Shown: piece by piece, positions 44,581 through 55,353 of the stretch | How positions within the stretch are numbered: the stretch's first letter is position 1 | Layout of the letters: the number at the start of each line of letters is the position of its first letter | Source of the DNA: a virus | Lineage: Duplodnaviria > Caudoviricetes | Virus record (IMG/VR): IMGVR_UViG_3300021425_000044 | Coordinates: 1-57,013 of that record | Strand: one strand, 5' to 3' | DNA: 57,013 bases | Program-made: the position numbers and the translations under genes | Notes under the pieces: generated by a model | Database searches by the model: none | What the model saw: the letters and a program-made list of their open reading frames with translations, nothing else | Told to the model about the DNA's origin: nothing

Positions 44581-45469
44581 TGCTGATCCTCCTCATTCCG
44601 TCCATAATCTGTCCATCTGTCATGTCCCCTAAGTCTTTGGGGTCGTCTTTGTCATAGATCCAGTAACGGAGACCTTTTCGAGGGGATATGTACTTGGCAA
44701 CTCTATTGGTCTCTTTATATCCAGCGATATCGTTATCAAGGGCTAACACGACCGTATCAAAGGTACGTTCTAATAGGCGAGCCTGGTCAGAGGAAACGTT
44801 AGCACCGAAGGAAGACACCGCGCTGAACTCAGAGCCTCCGTACACGGAATGGAAGCGAACGACATCGAGGGGGGATTCCAGTAGGATACCGATAGGGTTA
44901 ACCGCTCTTTCAATACCAAACAGCGTATCCTTCTTGTGTACTCCCTGGGGGAAGTTGTTGACCCACCCTGACTTCTTCTGTTGGTAGCCCCTTAGCTCTC
45001 CTAGGGGGGAGACGATAGGTGTGAGGACCGCCTTGATATCTGAGTCCCAACGTACACCATGACGTAGTGCCACGTCTGGATCTACTTTACGTAAGTTGAT
45101 AATAGACTGCGGGAGCTTGTCAAACTCAGCGTACTTGAGCCAGTCCAGGGTCACAGGAGCCTCATAGACATCCTCTTCAGGCTCAAGCCTGCTCACACCC
45201 TTCTGGATCATGCCACTTTGGATACGCCACAGTTGACTGGGGTCGTCGGTAAGCTCATTGATTAGCTGATACAGACTCCCTCTAGCACCACATGTAAAAC
45301 AGTGGAACAGGTAGCTATCTGTGTTGATATAGAAGGTGTAGCGGGTGGACTCTCTACCCTTGAACTTGTGGTGAACGGGGCAGCGGCATTGAACCTCGTC
45401 CCCCGTCACCTTGTGGACTTCTACATCTAGATCCTCTAGTACCTCTACTAAGTCTCCTGCCCTGCTCAC
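44558..45469 (-). CDS. DNA primase (CHC2 zinc finger + TOPRIM)
   Basis: CPVH...CFTCG; ESPLD; LDND.AG; KDLGD. Confidence 0.9.
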   Translation of the reverse strand: MSRAGDLVEVLEDLDVEVHKVTGDEVQCRCPVHHKFKGRESTRYTFYINTDSYLFHCFTCGARGSLYQLINELTDDPSQLWRIQSGMIQKGVSRLEPEEDVYEAPVTLDWLKYAEFDKLPQSIINLRKVDPDVALRHGVRWDSDIKAVLTPIVSPLGELRGYQQKKSGWVNNFPQGVHKKDTLFGIERAVNPIGILLESPLDVVRFHSVYGGSEFSAVSSFGANVSSDQARLLERTFDTVVLALDNDIAGYKETNRVAKYISPRKGLRYWIYDKDDPKDLGDMTDGQIMDGMRRISSVYRQFA

Positions 45470-46734
45470 GGTACGAACCCTTCACTCTCAAGCTCACTGG
45501 CATCCTCACCCTGGTGTAGCTCTGTGAAGTTCATCGATTTCCAGTCCCAAGCGACGTGGACTTCGCCTCGGGGGGCGGTTCTAGCCTCCACAACACGGAT
45601 AATGCTCTGGTCATCAGCGTCTGGGTTGCGCTCTACACCGAGAACAAGGTCGGCGTCCTGCACGAATGACGAGGTGTAACCGATGGAATCGGCTGTAATG
45701 GCTCGTGTCTTTTTGTTACCGAGCTTCCAGGATAGGACCTGGGTGGTGAGGATAACGGGTATATCCCACTTCTGAGCGAGGCGCTTCATGGAGCGGGTGA
45801 TGTTCGTGAGAGCTTGAGGTGACCCCTTTGGCTCTCCGTTATCGTCGTCCATCAAGTACCCACCGTCTACGTAGAGAGCGTCAGGGCGAAACTCTTGCAC
45901 CTTGGCGTCCAAAGCACTAACGGTGGTCAGGGACGTAGAGTCCTCAGACATAATGAAAGGGTGCATGTTTTTAGCCAACAACATCTGACGTTCAATGCGG
46001 TCCATCTCAGCATTAGAAAGGTTGCCAGTAAGGATATTGTTATAGTCAACCTTGGCTCGGAGTGCGTCCCACCGAGACAACTGCTCCTGCACCGACATCT
46101 CAAACGATACGAACAAAGGGGTCCGACCCGAATAGTGAGCAGCGTTTGCCATAATCAACTCAAACAGAGACTTACCACGCTTAGGCTCACCCACAAGGAC
46201 CACGAACTGCTGGGGACGAAAGCCCTGAGTGATCTGGTCGAGGCCGTGGAAGCCGGTGGGGATACCCCTTAGAGCGTTCGGATTGTCACGCATCTCGTTG
46301 TATTTAGCAAGACGCTCTTCCCAGTCCTGAATGATGTCGAAGTCTCTGAGCTTGCTGGTCTGCTTTGTAGCCTCGGTAAGCCCCGATTGGATAGTCGAGA
46401 TGGCCTTCTCAACGTCGCCGTTATCAAGTTCACCAGAAGAGCGTGTGAGCACGTCTGCGATGGTTCTAAACTTGTACTGGACCATCATCTCGTCTACAAG
46501 ACCCGACCAGGATTCTGCGGAAGCATCGTCAAGAAGGATGGAACCATGAGCCTTTGCGAAAGCTCTGTCAGTGGGGACGGAGCCGTGCTCCTGGTTGTAA
46601 GCTAATATCCACTCGTAGACCGGACGGTACGTGGTTGTGAAGTGCTCCGCACGTAGCCCGAACTTGATAGTCGATTCCAAGGACTGTTCATCGATTACTT
46701 TGCTGATGATTAGCGATTCTAGCGATGCTGACAT
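45466..46734 (-). CDS. dnaB: DnaB-like replicative helicase
   Basis: GIPTGF..LD..T.G, GEPKRGKS, SFEM, VDGGYLM, QDAD. Confidence 0.92.
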   Translation of the reverse strand: MSASLESLIISKVIDEQSLESTIKFGLRAEHFTTTYRPVYEWILAYNQEHGSVPTDRAFAKAHGSILLDDASAESWSGLVDEMMVQYKFRTIADVLTRSSGELDNGDVEKAISTIQSGLTEATKQTSKLRDFDIIQDWEERLAKYNEMRDNPNALRGIPTGFHGLDQITQGFRPQQFVVLVGEPKRGKSLFELIMANAAHYSGRTPLFVSFEMSVQEQLSRWDALRAKVDYNNILTGNLSNAEMDRIERQMLLAKNMHPFIMSEDSTSLTTVSALDAKVQEFRPDALYVDGGYLMDDDNGEPKGSPQALTNITRSMKRLAQKWDIPVILTTQVLSWKLGNKKTRAITADSIGYTSSFVQDADLVLGVERNPDADDQSIIRVVEARTAPRGEVHVAWDWKSMNFTELHQGEDASELESEGFVP

Positions 46735-47205
46735 TTAGTATCCAAACTTTCCATCGGGGTTGACTACCGTGGCACGATGCCATCCGATTGCCTTAGCGTC
46801 CTCTTCGTAAGGGGTGAAGAGGGTGTGAATCTCACGGTTGTAGCGCATGTCGTCTGACAGGTCTTCTAATTTGTCGTAAGAGTATACCCGGCAATCAGCC
46901 CCTTTCCTCGCCAGGTAGTTCTCAATGTGCTCAACCATGAAGTCATCATAGTACGTGTACACGTCAACCGCAATTCCTAACTGGTTCCTGAGGTGTATCA
47001 GGGAGCGAAGTGGCATCTCGTTGATACGCCATAGAGACATCGTACGCTTAACCCAGTCGTCAGCCTCAACGTAATCGTGTTTCTTGAGTATCCTGGATAG
47101 GAGACCCGGTTGTTTTACCGGCTCCTGCTCTACGTTTACGACTAAACCCTCAAACCAGCAGGCGATACGACTATGTATAGTTACACCGATGTCGCCCTTC
47201 TCCAT
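46735..47205 (-). CDS. Hypothetical protein (possibly HAD-like fold)
   Basis: ACWFEGLV N-terminal strand; coupled in the replication operon. Confidence 0.65.
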   Translation of the reverse strand: MEKGDIGVTIHSRIACWFEGLVVNVEQEPVKQPGLLSRILKKHDYVEADDWVKRTMSLWRINEMPLRSLIHLRNQLGIAVDVYTYYDDFMVEHIENYLARKGADCRVYSYDKLEDLSDDMRYNREIHTLFTPYEEDAKAIGWHRATVVNPDGKFGY

Positions 47206-47786
47206 TAGAGGGTTTCCAATTCAAAAGAGGCCAACGGACTGCTTAGTCTATCTCCAAACCGTGCCTTGATATCCGTAACGGAGAGGGAAGTGGTGATAAC
47301 GGTCGTGAGCATTGCGTCATACCTAGAACGTATGAGGGTGCCGATCTCGTGAGCGGCGAACTCCGTCTTGCGGGTTCCCTCAAGATCATCGAGGAGCAGA
47401 ACATCATACGAAGCTCGGATGTGTTTGAGAGCGTAGGGATCGTTGTATTCGTCTGACAAGATGCCGTCCCCATCCTCTTCAAAGCTATTCTTAATCATAT
47501 CAACATAAGCATCAGCCGTAATCATACGAGCCGAAGCACCGTGCTCGGTGATGAGGTCCTCTACTAATCGGATCGCAGTAGTGGTTTTACCAGACCCGGC
47601 ACGTCCTGAGAGGATGAGACTTGCTCCCTCCTCGTACTCGTCTACGAAGTCGTCTAAGTCATGGGATACATCTCTTGACTCTCTGAGGGGGCGTCCTTTA
47701 ACACTCCCAAGGAAGTGAGACATGCGATCACCTTCGGAAAGGTGTGACCACCACTTCTTACTCTTCCACTGTTGAGGCGTTTTCAT
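47205..47786 (-). CDS. DnaC/IstB-like ATPase (helicase loader)
   Basis: GRAGSGKT, LLLDDL, RSRY....TVITT, R..S.L. Confidence 0.85.
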   Translation of the reverse strand: MKTPQQWKSKKWWSHLSEGDRMSHFLGSVKGRPLRESRDVSHDLDDFVDEYEEGASLILSGRAGSGKTTTAIRLVEDLITEHGASARMITADAYVDMIKNSFEEDGDGILSDEYNDPYALKHIRASYDVLLLDDLEGTRKTEFAAHEIGTLIRSRYDAMLTTVITTSLSVTDIKARFGDRLSSPLASFELETL

Positions 47787-48544
47787 CCTGCGATCTCCTC
47801 ATACTCCTTAACGTTCTGACGTTTTGATAGGTACGCAATAATGTACTGAGAGAGTGTGTCCCGCTGGGGTCTAATACCTCGGGGAGCGGGGACTGGGCTG
47901 ACTAGCTCCTTAGGCAGGGCACACCACTCAATCAGTGCGAGGTGCGGCTCGACATCAGACTTGTCGTACGGCTTACCTGCCATATTGTACTTAACCACGC
48001 TTTCCAGCGAGGACAACAAAGCATACGTGTACACGAACGACTTGTCGGCAGACAGGATCTCCGCAATAACCTCTGGATATCTAAAACACTCGTTACAGGC
48101 TAACAGCACGGCCCGTCTCTTGTCTTTCACCTCGCTGAGAGCCTCAGACTTGCCCATGCCCTCTAACAGCCAGTGGAAGATGGGATGCTCCTCGGGACTG
48201 ACAGTGACGGCTACCCCGGCCAAGCAAGCGTCCATAACCTCCCGAGAGAGGAATGCTCGTGCAGGCTTATTACTATCTGAGGCGATGCTTTGAAAGAAAA
48301 CGTCAACCGATGTTCGTAGAGAAATGTCGGTATAACCTGCCTTGGCGAGACGTATGAAGGTATACCCGAGGAGGTTCTTGTCCTCCTGATCGACTACCTT
48401 AGTCATGTCCCCCATCGATTTATGGTAAGAGAAATAATCGATAAGGTCTTTGATATTCCTACGGAAGAATACGGGGCGGGGGCGGGGGTTTTCCCAGTCC
48501 GTGGCATCGCCATCGTTATCCGGCCAATCGTCCCAATCACCCAC
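47783..48544 (-). CDS. Hypothetical protein (position suggests a replication initiator)
   Basis: Immediately upstream of the DnaC-like gene; coupled. Confidence 0.65.
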   Translation of the reverse strand: MGDWDDWPDNDGDATDWENPRPRPVFFRRNIKDLIDYFSYHKSMGDMTKVVDQEDKNLLGYTFIRLAKAGYTDISLRTSVDVFFQSIASDSNKPARAFLSREVMDACLAGVAVTVSPEEHPIFHWLLEGMGKSEALSEVKDKRRAVLLACNECFRYPEVIAEILSADKSFVYTYALLSSLESVVKYNMAGKPYDKSDVEPHLALIEWCALPKELVSPVPAPRGIRPQRDTLSQYIIAYLSKRQNVKEYEEIAG

Positions 48545-49383
48545 TACTTAGCCCCTTCATCGAGCATCCCTTGATCTTGTAACACCTCAATCGTAGCAGT
48601 TGAGGTCGAGGCTAGGAGGATAAGGAGATCACGGAGGGGTTTCAAAGCCTCGTCAATGATACTCTCATTGACCTGGGGAGCGGGTTTGTCTGTGATTCCT
48701 ACAACCTCTAATGCGTCCTTGACAGCATTATCAACCTGTCGTGGACCCGGCCCCATGATGGACGTACCACTATCTGGGAAAAGCTCAGCAATGATCGCTG
48801 ACTTAGTAGTTCCTGTGGCCCCGATACGGGCACCGTAACGTTTCACAGCATGTGCAGTCATAGTGTCAAGCTCCATCTTAGTGAAGGAGCGGTCGTCGTC
48901 CGGTTCGGAGTCCTCTACGACAACCTCTGAGGAAGGTGATTCCTGGGGAACCACTACGTCTTCCTCGTCTACCAAGATGATAGGCTCAAGGCCGTTGGTA
49001 AGCTCAAGGTATCTGACCTCTTCACCTGTCACGTTAAAGGCGTTCATTAGCATGTCCTCAGTCTCCTGATCCTCTCCCCACATCAGAAGTACCTGGTCAA
49101 CGTCCGACACTGTGGACGACAACTTGTTCCGTGTCTTACGGATATCGACGTGTTCAAGCCCTTTCAGGAGAGGGACTACTTTGTCCCCGTCCTCGTACAT
49201 AAGGACGGTAGGGACTTCAAAGTCAAGCAGGTAGTCCCACAGGGAGCCTTCGTCCACGGTCATAGATGAACTCCCCCATGCGACCTTGACAGAATCCCCT
49301 TCTTTGAGAGAGTCCTTGAGACCAGCGACGATGACCTCTTTCGGTGTGTTAGCTCCTCGTCCGATGATGGCATATGTACCCAT
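48544..49383 (-). CDS. Hypothetical protein
   Basis: AAGGA RBS. Confidence 0.75.
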   Translation of the reverse strand: MGTYAIIGRGANTPKEVIVAGLKDSLKEGDSVKVAWGSSSMTVDEGSLWDYLLDFEVPTVLMYEDGDKVVPLLKGLEHVDIRKTRNKLSSTVSDVDQVLLMWGEDQETEDMLMNAFNVTGEEVRYLELTNGLEPIILVDEEDVVVPQESPSSEVVVEDSEPDDDRSFTKMELDTMTAHAVKRYGARIGATGTTKSAIIAELFPDSGTSIMGPGPRQVDNAVKDALEVVGITDKPAPQVNESIIDEALKPLRDLLILLASTSTATIEVLQDQGMLDEGAK

Positions 49384-49456
49384 TGTTGAGTCCTTCCTGT
49401 AGTGAGTGACAGGTACTCTACCACCTAATCTCTACAGATGCAACACCTAGCACCAA

Positions 49457-51250
49457 TTAGTCGGGGCTTGGGGGCAGATCGCTCAGCACTGCGGCGTAGT
49501 CCAGAACATCGTACTTGTCTAGCTCCGTGATAGGTAGGACTTCTTCACGGATTGTATCGAGGAACCCGTTAGTCCTCTCCCACTGATCGGAGTAGAGAGA
49601 ACGTGACTCGTGACGCCCACCTTCCCATCGATAGTCAGATATCGTGTCGTTATCATCCTTGAACCAACCACCACGAATAACATCACCATCAAAGTAGGGT
49701 CCGATATGATTGAGTTCCAGTAGATAGTACGAGTTAAGATTCTCGTTATTCATCTGATCCCAGTCTTTGACCCCGTACTGAACGTAAACCTCGCCCCCTG
49801 GGAAGTCATAGGGCACATCTATCTCAAAATAGTGAACACCGTCGACCTTAATCGGGTATAGGCACAGGGCGGGTCCACCATCGGGGGTAATCACAGGCGA
49901 ACCATCCAAGTTCATACACCTTGCCCACAACACATTGTCTAAGTTAGACCCCCCGGCATGGATGCTAAACACCACCTTATCCAGTGCCACTACGTTGACG
50001 GGGGACGTAATGGTGACAGCGGAAGTGGCTTCATCATCGTCCCCAAGTAAAAGGTCACCGGGTGACCTGTGGGTCACCTCTTCATCCGAGCGACCATCGT
50101 TAAATGGGATATTACGTGGGTTGAGAATGTGGTTAACACGAGATGAGTAGAGTGTCAGAGTTTTGTTATCAACGTCTATACCTACGTCCCGTTCAGTAAG
50201 AGATTCTAAGAATAAGGAGGTTCCGAACTCCGTACCCTTAGTCCTACGGAAAAGCCCTAGGTTGTTCATCATCTGTCGCTGACGAATGGTTCCAAGGTCG
50301 CTCTGCTTGAGGCTAGCTCCGAAGTGCTCTGCGACGGCATCTAGTGTCTCAGGTCCTGTGATATCAGGATCGACGGCAATCATATTGTGGTCGATAATCG
50401 TACGCATACGATCCATCTCATACCCTATGATAGATAAGAACTTAAACAGGGGGCCGATCTTGCCACCGGGTGGAAGCGTCCCGTACTCAGGACAGGTGAC
50501 TTTATCGGGCGAGTCCCCATCACCAACTTCGATAACGGTAGTGTCGGGGGCGGTACCCTGAGCCTCGTCAGCCATTCTGTAATGATTAGGGATACGGCTG
50601 TACAGTCCCATAGTAGACCCGTAATCCTTAGGAACAATTACAGCAAGAGAAGCTACACGTTCGTAGAACCCAGCCCATTCTTTCGGGTCGGAATAGTCTT
50701 CTCCACCAGTGTCCTTAGAAACCCTAGTTGCGTCTGGATTATTACGGTAGTTGACGAACAAGGAGTAGTAAGCCCACCTACCTTCCCTACGTCCGTCGTG
50801 CGTGAAGGATGTAGTAACAATGGTGTCTTCCTTAAATCTGTAGCCCTCGCTAAGTACCTCACCGTTAGAGATCGTCTCGGGGGCACCCTGGTCGGAGTAG
50901 ACCAGCATGTACCCTACCGCTCGCGGATTTACATCCTTAAGAGCATCAATAGACTCAAAAGGAACGCCCCACTTAAGCTGTACACGACCTGTGGCGTACG
51001 GCTCACCAGATGCCGGATTAGGATAACCGTAGGTAGTGGTGTTTACCTCAAAGTAACTGTCTGTAGCACCCCCATATGGGGGCAGCCGCAGACCGCCTGC
51101 CTTTAACTGGTTATCGACATCAAGCCTTTCAAGCTCACGTTGAGGATCGTCGGGGAAGCCTGAGGCTGAGGCTGAGAGTGAGGGGTCATACCTTACATAC
51201 GAACCCTGGTCATCCATTACCCGGCGAAGCTGGAAAGCTATACGTGCCAT
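49457..51250 (-). CDS. Baseplate/tail protein (P2 gpI-like)
   Basis: LYSRIP..YR..D, FL..IGYE.D, KGT..G...F; follows baseplate J-like gene. Confidence 0.75.
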   Translation of the reverse strand: MARIAFQLRRVMDDQGSYVRYDPSLSASASGFPDDPQRELERLDVDNQLKAGGLRLPPYGGATDSYFEVNTTTYGYPNPASGEPYATGRVQLKWGVPFESIDALKDVNPRAVGYMLVYSDQGAPETISNGEVLSEGYRFKEDTIVTTSFTHDGRREGRWAYYSLFVNYRNNPDATRVSKDTGGEDYSDPKEWAGFYERVASLAVIVPKDYGSTMGLYSRIPNHYRMADEAQGTAPDTTVIEVGDGDSPDKVTCPEYGTLPPGGKIGPLFKFLSIIGYEMDRMRTIIDHNMIAVDPDITGPETLDAVAEHFGASLKQSDLGTIRQRQMMNNLGLFRRTKGTEFGTSLFLESLTERDVGIDVDNKTLTLYSSRVNHILNPRNIPFNDGRSDEEVTHRSPGDLLLGDDDEATSAVTITSPVNVVALDKVVFSIHAGGSNLDNVLWARCMNLDGSPVITPDGGPALCLYPIKVDGVHYFEIDVPYDFPGGEVYVQYGVKDWDQMNNENLNSYYLLELNHIGPYFDGDVIRGGWFKDDNDTISDYRWEGGRHESRSLYSDQWERTNGFLDTIREEVLPITELDKYDVLDYAAVLSDLPPSPD

Positions 51251-52812
51251 CAGCTACCCTCTGTATCCCGATCTACCGATGAGATACCGCCCGTACCATT
51301 AACTACGATTCTGCCCTTTTTCGGGAGTTTGATGTCACTGATTTGGATCTCCTGCAAGACATCAAGTTCATCATCCTCACCAATGATATCGGGTGCGTCG
51401 ACAGCGAAGTCTCTATCGCTAAACCTCTGGACGGTAACGTAGTCAACCCCATCTACACCCAGAGCAAACTGATACACCTGACCTAAGTGCATCTTCTGAC
51501 CGAAGAACACGTTATCAAACATGAACAAACGGTCTAAGTTTTCCTCGACATCCCGTTTAACCCAGTCAGTAACGAAGCGGGGGTTAACGTGTACGACCAT
51601 TTCAATGTCGATGGCGGTCCAATCAACCTTATCTGCTACCTCTATGTCTACCCCAAGGAGGGCACGGGGGGCAATTGATTCTATAATCGCATCCGCAAGG
51701 AGAGGCGAGACAGCATGGTATGATGAAGGGACGACTGTCCCGTCCTCATCGATAGTGTCCGAATTGTTGAGGTAATTACTATCGAAGCTATGGGGGTGCA
51801 ACTTTACCACACCGCTCTCTCCTTGAGCCAATGGTGGGGTGTATTCCACCGCTACCTTACTGACTCCTGGAACCTGGGTTGTCAAAGCCACAAAGTCCTT
51901 CTTAGTAACGGCACGGTTCTGAGAGGCAATGGTGTTCGGGATGTTAGCCTTCATCGACGCTATGGACTCTTCGTCCTGCCCCCCAATAAACGTATCGGAG
52001 CCACGGATCTCCATTCCGATAATGGGAGATGAGTACCAGGACAAGAACTCACTGGACTTGGCAGGGTAGTTACCGGCACTACCCTTACAAGTAGCATACG
52101 TAGCCGTAATCTTGGTGCCTGTGAAGGGTGCTACACCGTTAATCGAACTACCGAAGTGGATCTCCGTGTAACCGTCTGAGTTGGTACGGGTACTAAACAC
52201 GCGGTCCCCAGCGTTTGCGTTAATCAGACGATCAACGTGCTGATAGATAACGGGGCGATCTTCAGCCTCATATACACGGACAACAATAGAGGAAATTACT
52301 ACACCCTTTTTCGGGAGGGTGTAACTCTGGCGGTCCCTGCCCGACGCTGAGGCAGTGAGAACTCGCTCTTGGATAATCTCCCCCTCTGCAACCAGAATCT
52401 TGGATGCACCCTCTGGGGGGATAGTGAAGTTACCCGTAGAGTATACGTTGTTAGACTTTCCATCATGCTGGAGAATAAAGCGGGTGTACATGGGAACGTC
52501 CACAGACTCTTCTAGGTTGTTAAACAAAGTAATAGAAGACGTAGCACCGACCCGGTTGCTTGGGAGGTAATCAAACAGGTTGGCGTGAGCCAAGACTGAC
52601 TCTCTCATCTGCGCTGTGGGGAGGAAAGCCTCACCCGCTCCACGATCGATGTAGTAGTGCATGGAGTCACCTGCGTACGCCCATAAGTCAATAAGCTGCA
52701 TCATAAAGTCTGACGGGTCGCGGTCGGTCCACTCGGGGAGAGCGAGACTGGCACGAGCCAGTAGATCGTTTTTGATTGTGGTGTACGTTCTAGAGGTGTA
52801 GTTAAATGCCAT
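51250..52812 (-). CDS. Baseplate wedge subunit (baseplate J-like)
   Basis: YTSR.Y..IK..L...PEWTD..PSDF, GGQDEESI, RAVT..DF. Confidence 0.9.
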   Translation of the reverse strand: MAFNYTSRTYTTIKNDLLARASLALPEWTDRDPSDFMMQLIDLWAYAGDSMHYYIDRGAGEAFLPTAQMRESVLAHANLFDYLPSNRVGATSSITLFNNLEESVDVPMYTRFILQHDGKSNNVYSTGNFTIPPEGASKILVAEGEIIQERVLTASASGRDRQSYTLPKKGVVISSIVVRVYEAEDRPVIYQHVDRLINANAGDRVFSTRTNSDGYTEIHFGSSINGVAPFTGTKITATYATCKGSAGNYPAKSSEFLSWYSSPIIGMEIRGSDTFIGGQDEESIASMKANIPNTIASQNRAVTKKDFVALTTQVPGVSKVAVEYTPPLAQGESGVVKLHPHSFDSNYLNNSDTIDEDGTVVPSSYHAVSPLLADAIIESIAPRALLGVDIEVADKVDWTAIDIEMVVHVNPRFVTDWVKRDVEENLDRLFMFDNVFFGQKMHLGQVYQFALGVDGVDYVTVQRFSDRDFAVDAPDIIGEDDELDVLQEIQISDIKLPKKGRIVVNGTGGISSVDRDTEGS

Positions 52813-53194
52813 CGGTCAGGGCGCTCTCTTCGTTAAAGGGTGTGGGAAGGTTTAGTGTAAGCCTAGCTACCGCCGAAAGGGGGGTAGAGTATAAAACAGT
52901 GATGCTCACTACACCTGGTTCCGGCTTAGTAAACAACACGTCACGGACGGTTACGGAGGATACGTTTCTGGATATAGAAGAGATTAGGTCTACCTTATAG
53001 TCTGCCTGCTCCAATTCGCCAAAGGTATCAAATAAATTAGCCCAGACATTTCCCCCATAACCGGGTCTGGTAGGACGTTCGTTAGATGAGGTTATCAAAA
53101 CATCAGTAATCTTCTGTTTGATAATCGTATCAAAGGTTCTAGTAGTAGACGTTGACCCGTCTTCGACGGAGAATGGTGTTTTAATACTTTTCAT
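52802..53194 (-). CDS. gp25/GPW-like baseplate protein
   Basis: L.T...ER..RPGYGG.....LF. Confidence 0.85.
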   Translation of the reverse strand: MKSIKTPFSVEDGSTSTTRTFDTIIKQKITDVLITSSNERPTRPGYGGNVWANLFDTFGELEQADYKVDLISSISRNVSSVTVRDVLFTKPEPGVVSITVLYSTPLSAVARLTLNLPTPFNEESALTDGI

Positions 53195-53269
53195 AATCTG
53201 TAATCTCCGTTCTCGTACAGTATACCATGATTCTGGGGGTTTTACACGGGCGGGTGCATGGCATATAGG

Positions 53270-55351
53270 TCAGCCGAGGCACCAGACGGCGACCTTGCCC
53301 GAGTAAGCCTGCGAGGCTTTAGATTGAAGGATCATGTAGTTCGCTGACGAGTCGTCGCGGACACCGAACCCCTGGAACACGCCGGACATCACATGGTCCC
53401 ACACGCTGTTCGGGATGTCGAAGTCGGAAGGGTTGTTCACAGTCCAGCCGATCGTCCCCACGAACTGCTGTCGGGTGACCGGCTCCAGATGCGTCTCGGA
53501 CGACGGCGGAACATAAGTGAAGCCGTGGACGCCGACGTACACGTTACGAGCCTGCGAAACACCGCCAGACTGCTGACGGAAGATCGCGATCTTCTTCCCC
53601 GTCACATCGACGTGGGTGCCGCAATGAGAGCCGGACGCCTTCAACCCGTTGTAGATCGTGTTCGCCCCGTATGTCCAGATGCCGTTGTACTTCTTGCTCG
53701 GGTCGCTGTAATAGCCCTGGATCGGCTTCCCAGCGTTAGACGACACGATGTTGAACCGGTTGCCCTGCCAGTGCGCCGAGTCGGTTGCGTAGAACTCGAT
53801 GAAGTTCGGCTTCAACGTGTAGTACGCCGAGAACGACGGCGCACGCTCGTTGCCGTACACGTCGCGAGTGTAGAAGCCGACATAGATGGTCTTGCCAGCG
53901 ACGAACGCATCAGACGTGCCCCAGTTGTACGAATACGACGTTGAGTTGTTGACACGAGTCCAGGCGTACCCAGTGCCGTACACCTTGCCATCGACACGGA
54001 ACACCGGCTTGACTTCGTAGTTGTCGCTGCTCGCCGTCGTGTACCGAACCGTCATCCGTCCGTACGACGACTCAGGCTTGAACGACGTGATCGTCGGATG
54101 TGCAGGCGGCGTGCTGTCCCACAGCGGCGTGGCCGACTTCGTGACATAACTGGACGACCCGGCACCATTCGTGGCCCTCACCCGCATGTAACGGGCACCG
54201 GAACCGGAAGAACCAAAGTCGTAAACGTAGCCAGACGACTGATTACCTCGGTTCGTCCAGGACGAGTTGTTCGTTGACGTTTGCACTTGATAGCTCGTCG
54301 GTGCGTCGTGCGTGCTGTCGTTTGTCGGCGCAGACCAGGTGAGCTTCAACTCGCCAACTGTCGAAGTTGCAGTAGCCGACACATTTCTCGGCACGTTCGG
54401 CGCATACAACCATACCGGCGTTGCTGATGCCGAGACATATGCGGAGGCACCGCCAGCCGACAGTGTGCGAACCCTCATCGACTTACTGCCAGACGAACCC
54501 GAGAACGTGTGATAGCTCGGTGATGTCGTGTCGCTCACGTTGACCCATTCGCTATCGTTCGCTTGCACTTGATAGCCGGTACGGCTGCCAGCCGGATGAT
54601 CCCACGACAACTTGAGTTCACCCTTCGTACTGGTCGCCTCGGCAGTCACATTGGTCGGCACATTCGCCGGGATCGCAGACGTAGCCGAGTTGGAGTACGG
54701 GCCATGATTGCCTGAGATGACCGCCCGCACTTGATACGACTCAACGGTGCCTTCCTGGCCGTTAGTGTCGGTGTATGACGTAGTGCCTCTCGCCAGATAC
54801 GCAAGCGACGAATCGCCACGCACCACCTGAATCTGATCGTGATGCCCGACATCCGAAACAGACCAAGCGAGAGCCACGTTGACGCCGCCTGTTGGTGCTG
54901 CTGTCAGCGACGACGGAGCTTGCGCCAGGGTTAATACATTGGATATTGCTTCCGTGTTGCCGTAATCACCCGGTAGGTTAGCTTTAACTGTGTAACCGGC
55001 CTTACCGTCCTGAGGGTTGGTGTCCTTAAAGGATGTGACCGCCGTATTGGTTGTAATCACAGTCCCGTCTACGTTATATACGTTGTAAGAGGTAGCTTGG
55101 GGGACGGCATCCCAGTTCACCGTAACGTCACTATCAACCCCCTCGTTCGACACAGTAGCAACGGGGGGGTTCGGGAACGTACCAGCGGCTATAGCGTCCC
55201 ATACGAGGACCCATGCCCCATCCTTAAATACCCATGCCTTTTTAGCATCTTTCCAAGAACCGCTAACATATGCAGACGGCTTTTTCCAAGACTTCCAGCC
55301 CCCAACGTACACGTTGGTCTTGTTAGGGTAAACGTCGTTAAGAGATGACAT
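53270..55351 (-). CDS. Fibronectin type III repeat tail / receptor-binding protein
   Basis: Repeated P..V.A...L.L.W..P....Y.V....RVRA FN3 units; distinct C-terminal domain. Confidence 0.8.
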   Translation of the reverse strand: MSSLNDVYPNKTNVYVGGWKSWKKPSAYVSGSWKDAKKAWVFKDGAWVLVWDAIAAGTFPNPPVATVSNEGVDSDVTVNWDAVPQATSYNVYNVDGTVITTNTAVTSFKDTNPQDGKAGYTVKANLPGDYGNTEAISNVLTLAQAPSSLTAAPTGGVNVALAWSVSDVGHHDQIQVVRGDSSLAYLARGTTSYTDTNGQEGTVESYQVRAVISGNHGPYSNSATSAIPANVPTNVTAEATSTKGELKLSWDHPAGSRTGYQVQANDSEWVNVSDTTSPSYHTFSGSSGSKSMRVRTLSAGGASAYVSASATPVWLYAPNVPRNVSATATSTVGELKLTWSAPTNDSTHDAPTSYQVQTSTNNSSWTNRGNQSSGYVYDFGSSGSGARYMRVRATNGAGSSSYVTKSATPLWDSTPPAHPTITSFKPESSYGRMTVRYTTASSDNYEVKPVFRVDGKVYGTGYAWTRVNNSTSYSYNWGTSDAFVAGKTIYVGFYTRDVYGNERAPSFSAYYTLKPNFIEFYATDSAHWQGNRFNIVSSNAGKPIQGYYSDPSKKYNGIWTYGANTIYNGLKASGSHCGTHVDVTGKKIAIFRQQSGGVSQARNVYVGVHGFTYVPPSSETHLEPVTRQQFVGTIGWTVNNPSDFDIPNSVWDHVMSGVFQGFGVRDDSSANYMILQSKASQAYSGKVAVWCLG

Positions 55352-55353
55352 AC

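Noticed and set aside
36523-46734. Inteins or introns in RecA, PolA, DnaB
   Set aside because: Lengths are normal; no C...HN splice junctions or LAGLIDADG motifs seen
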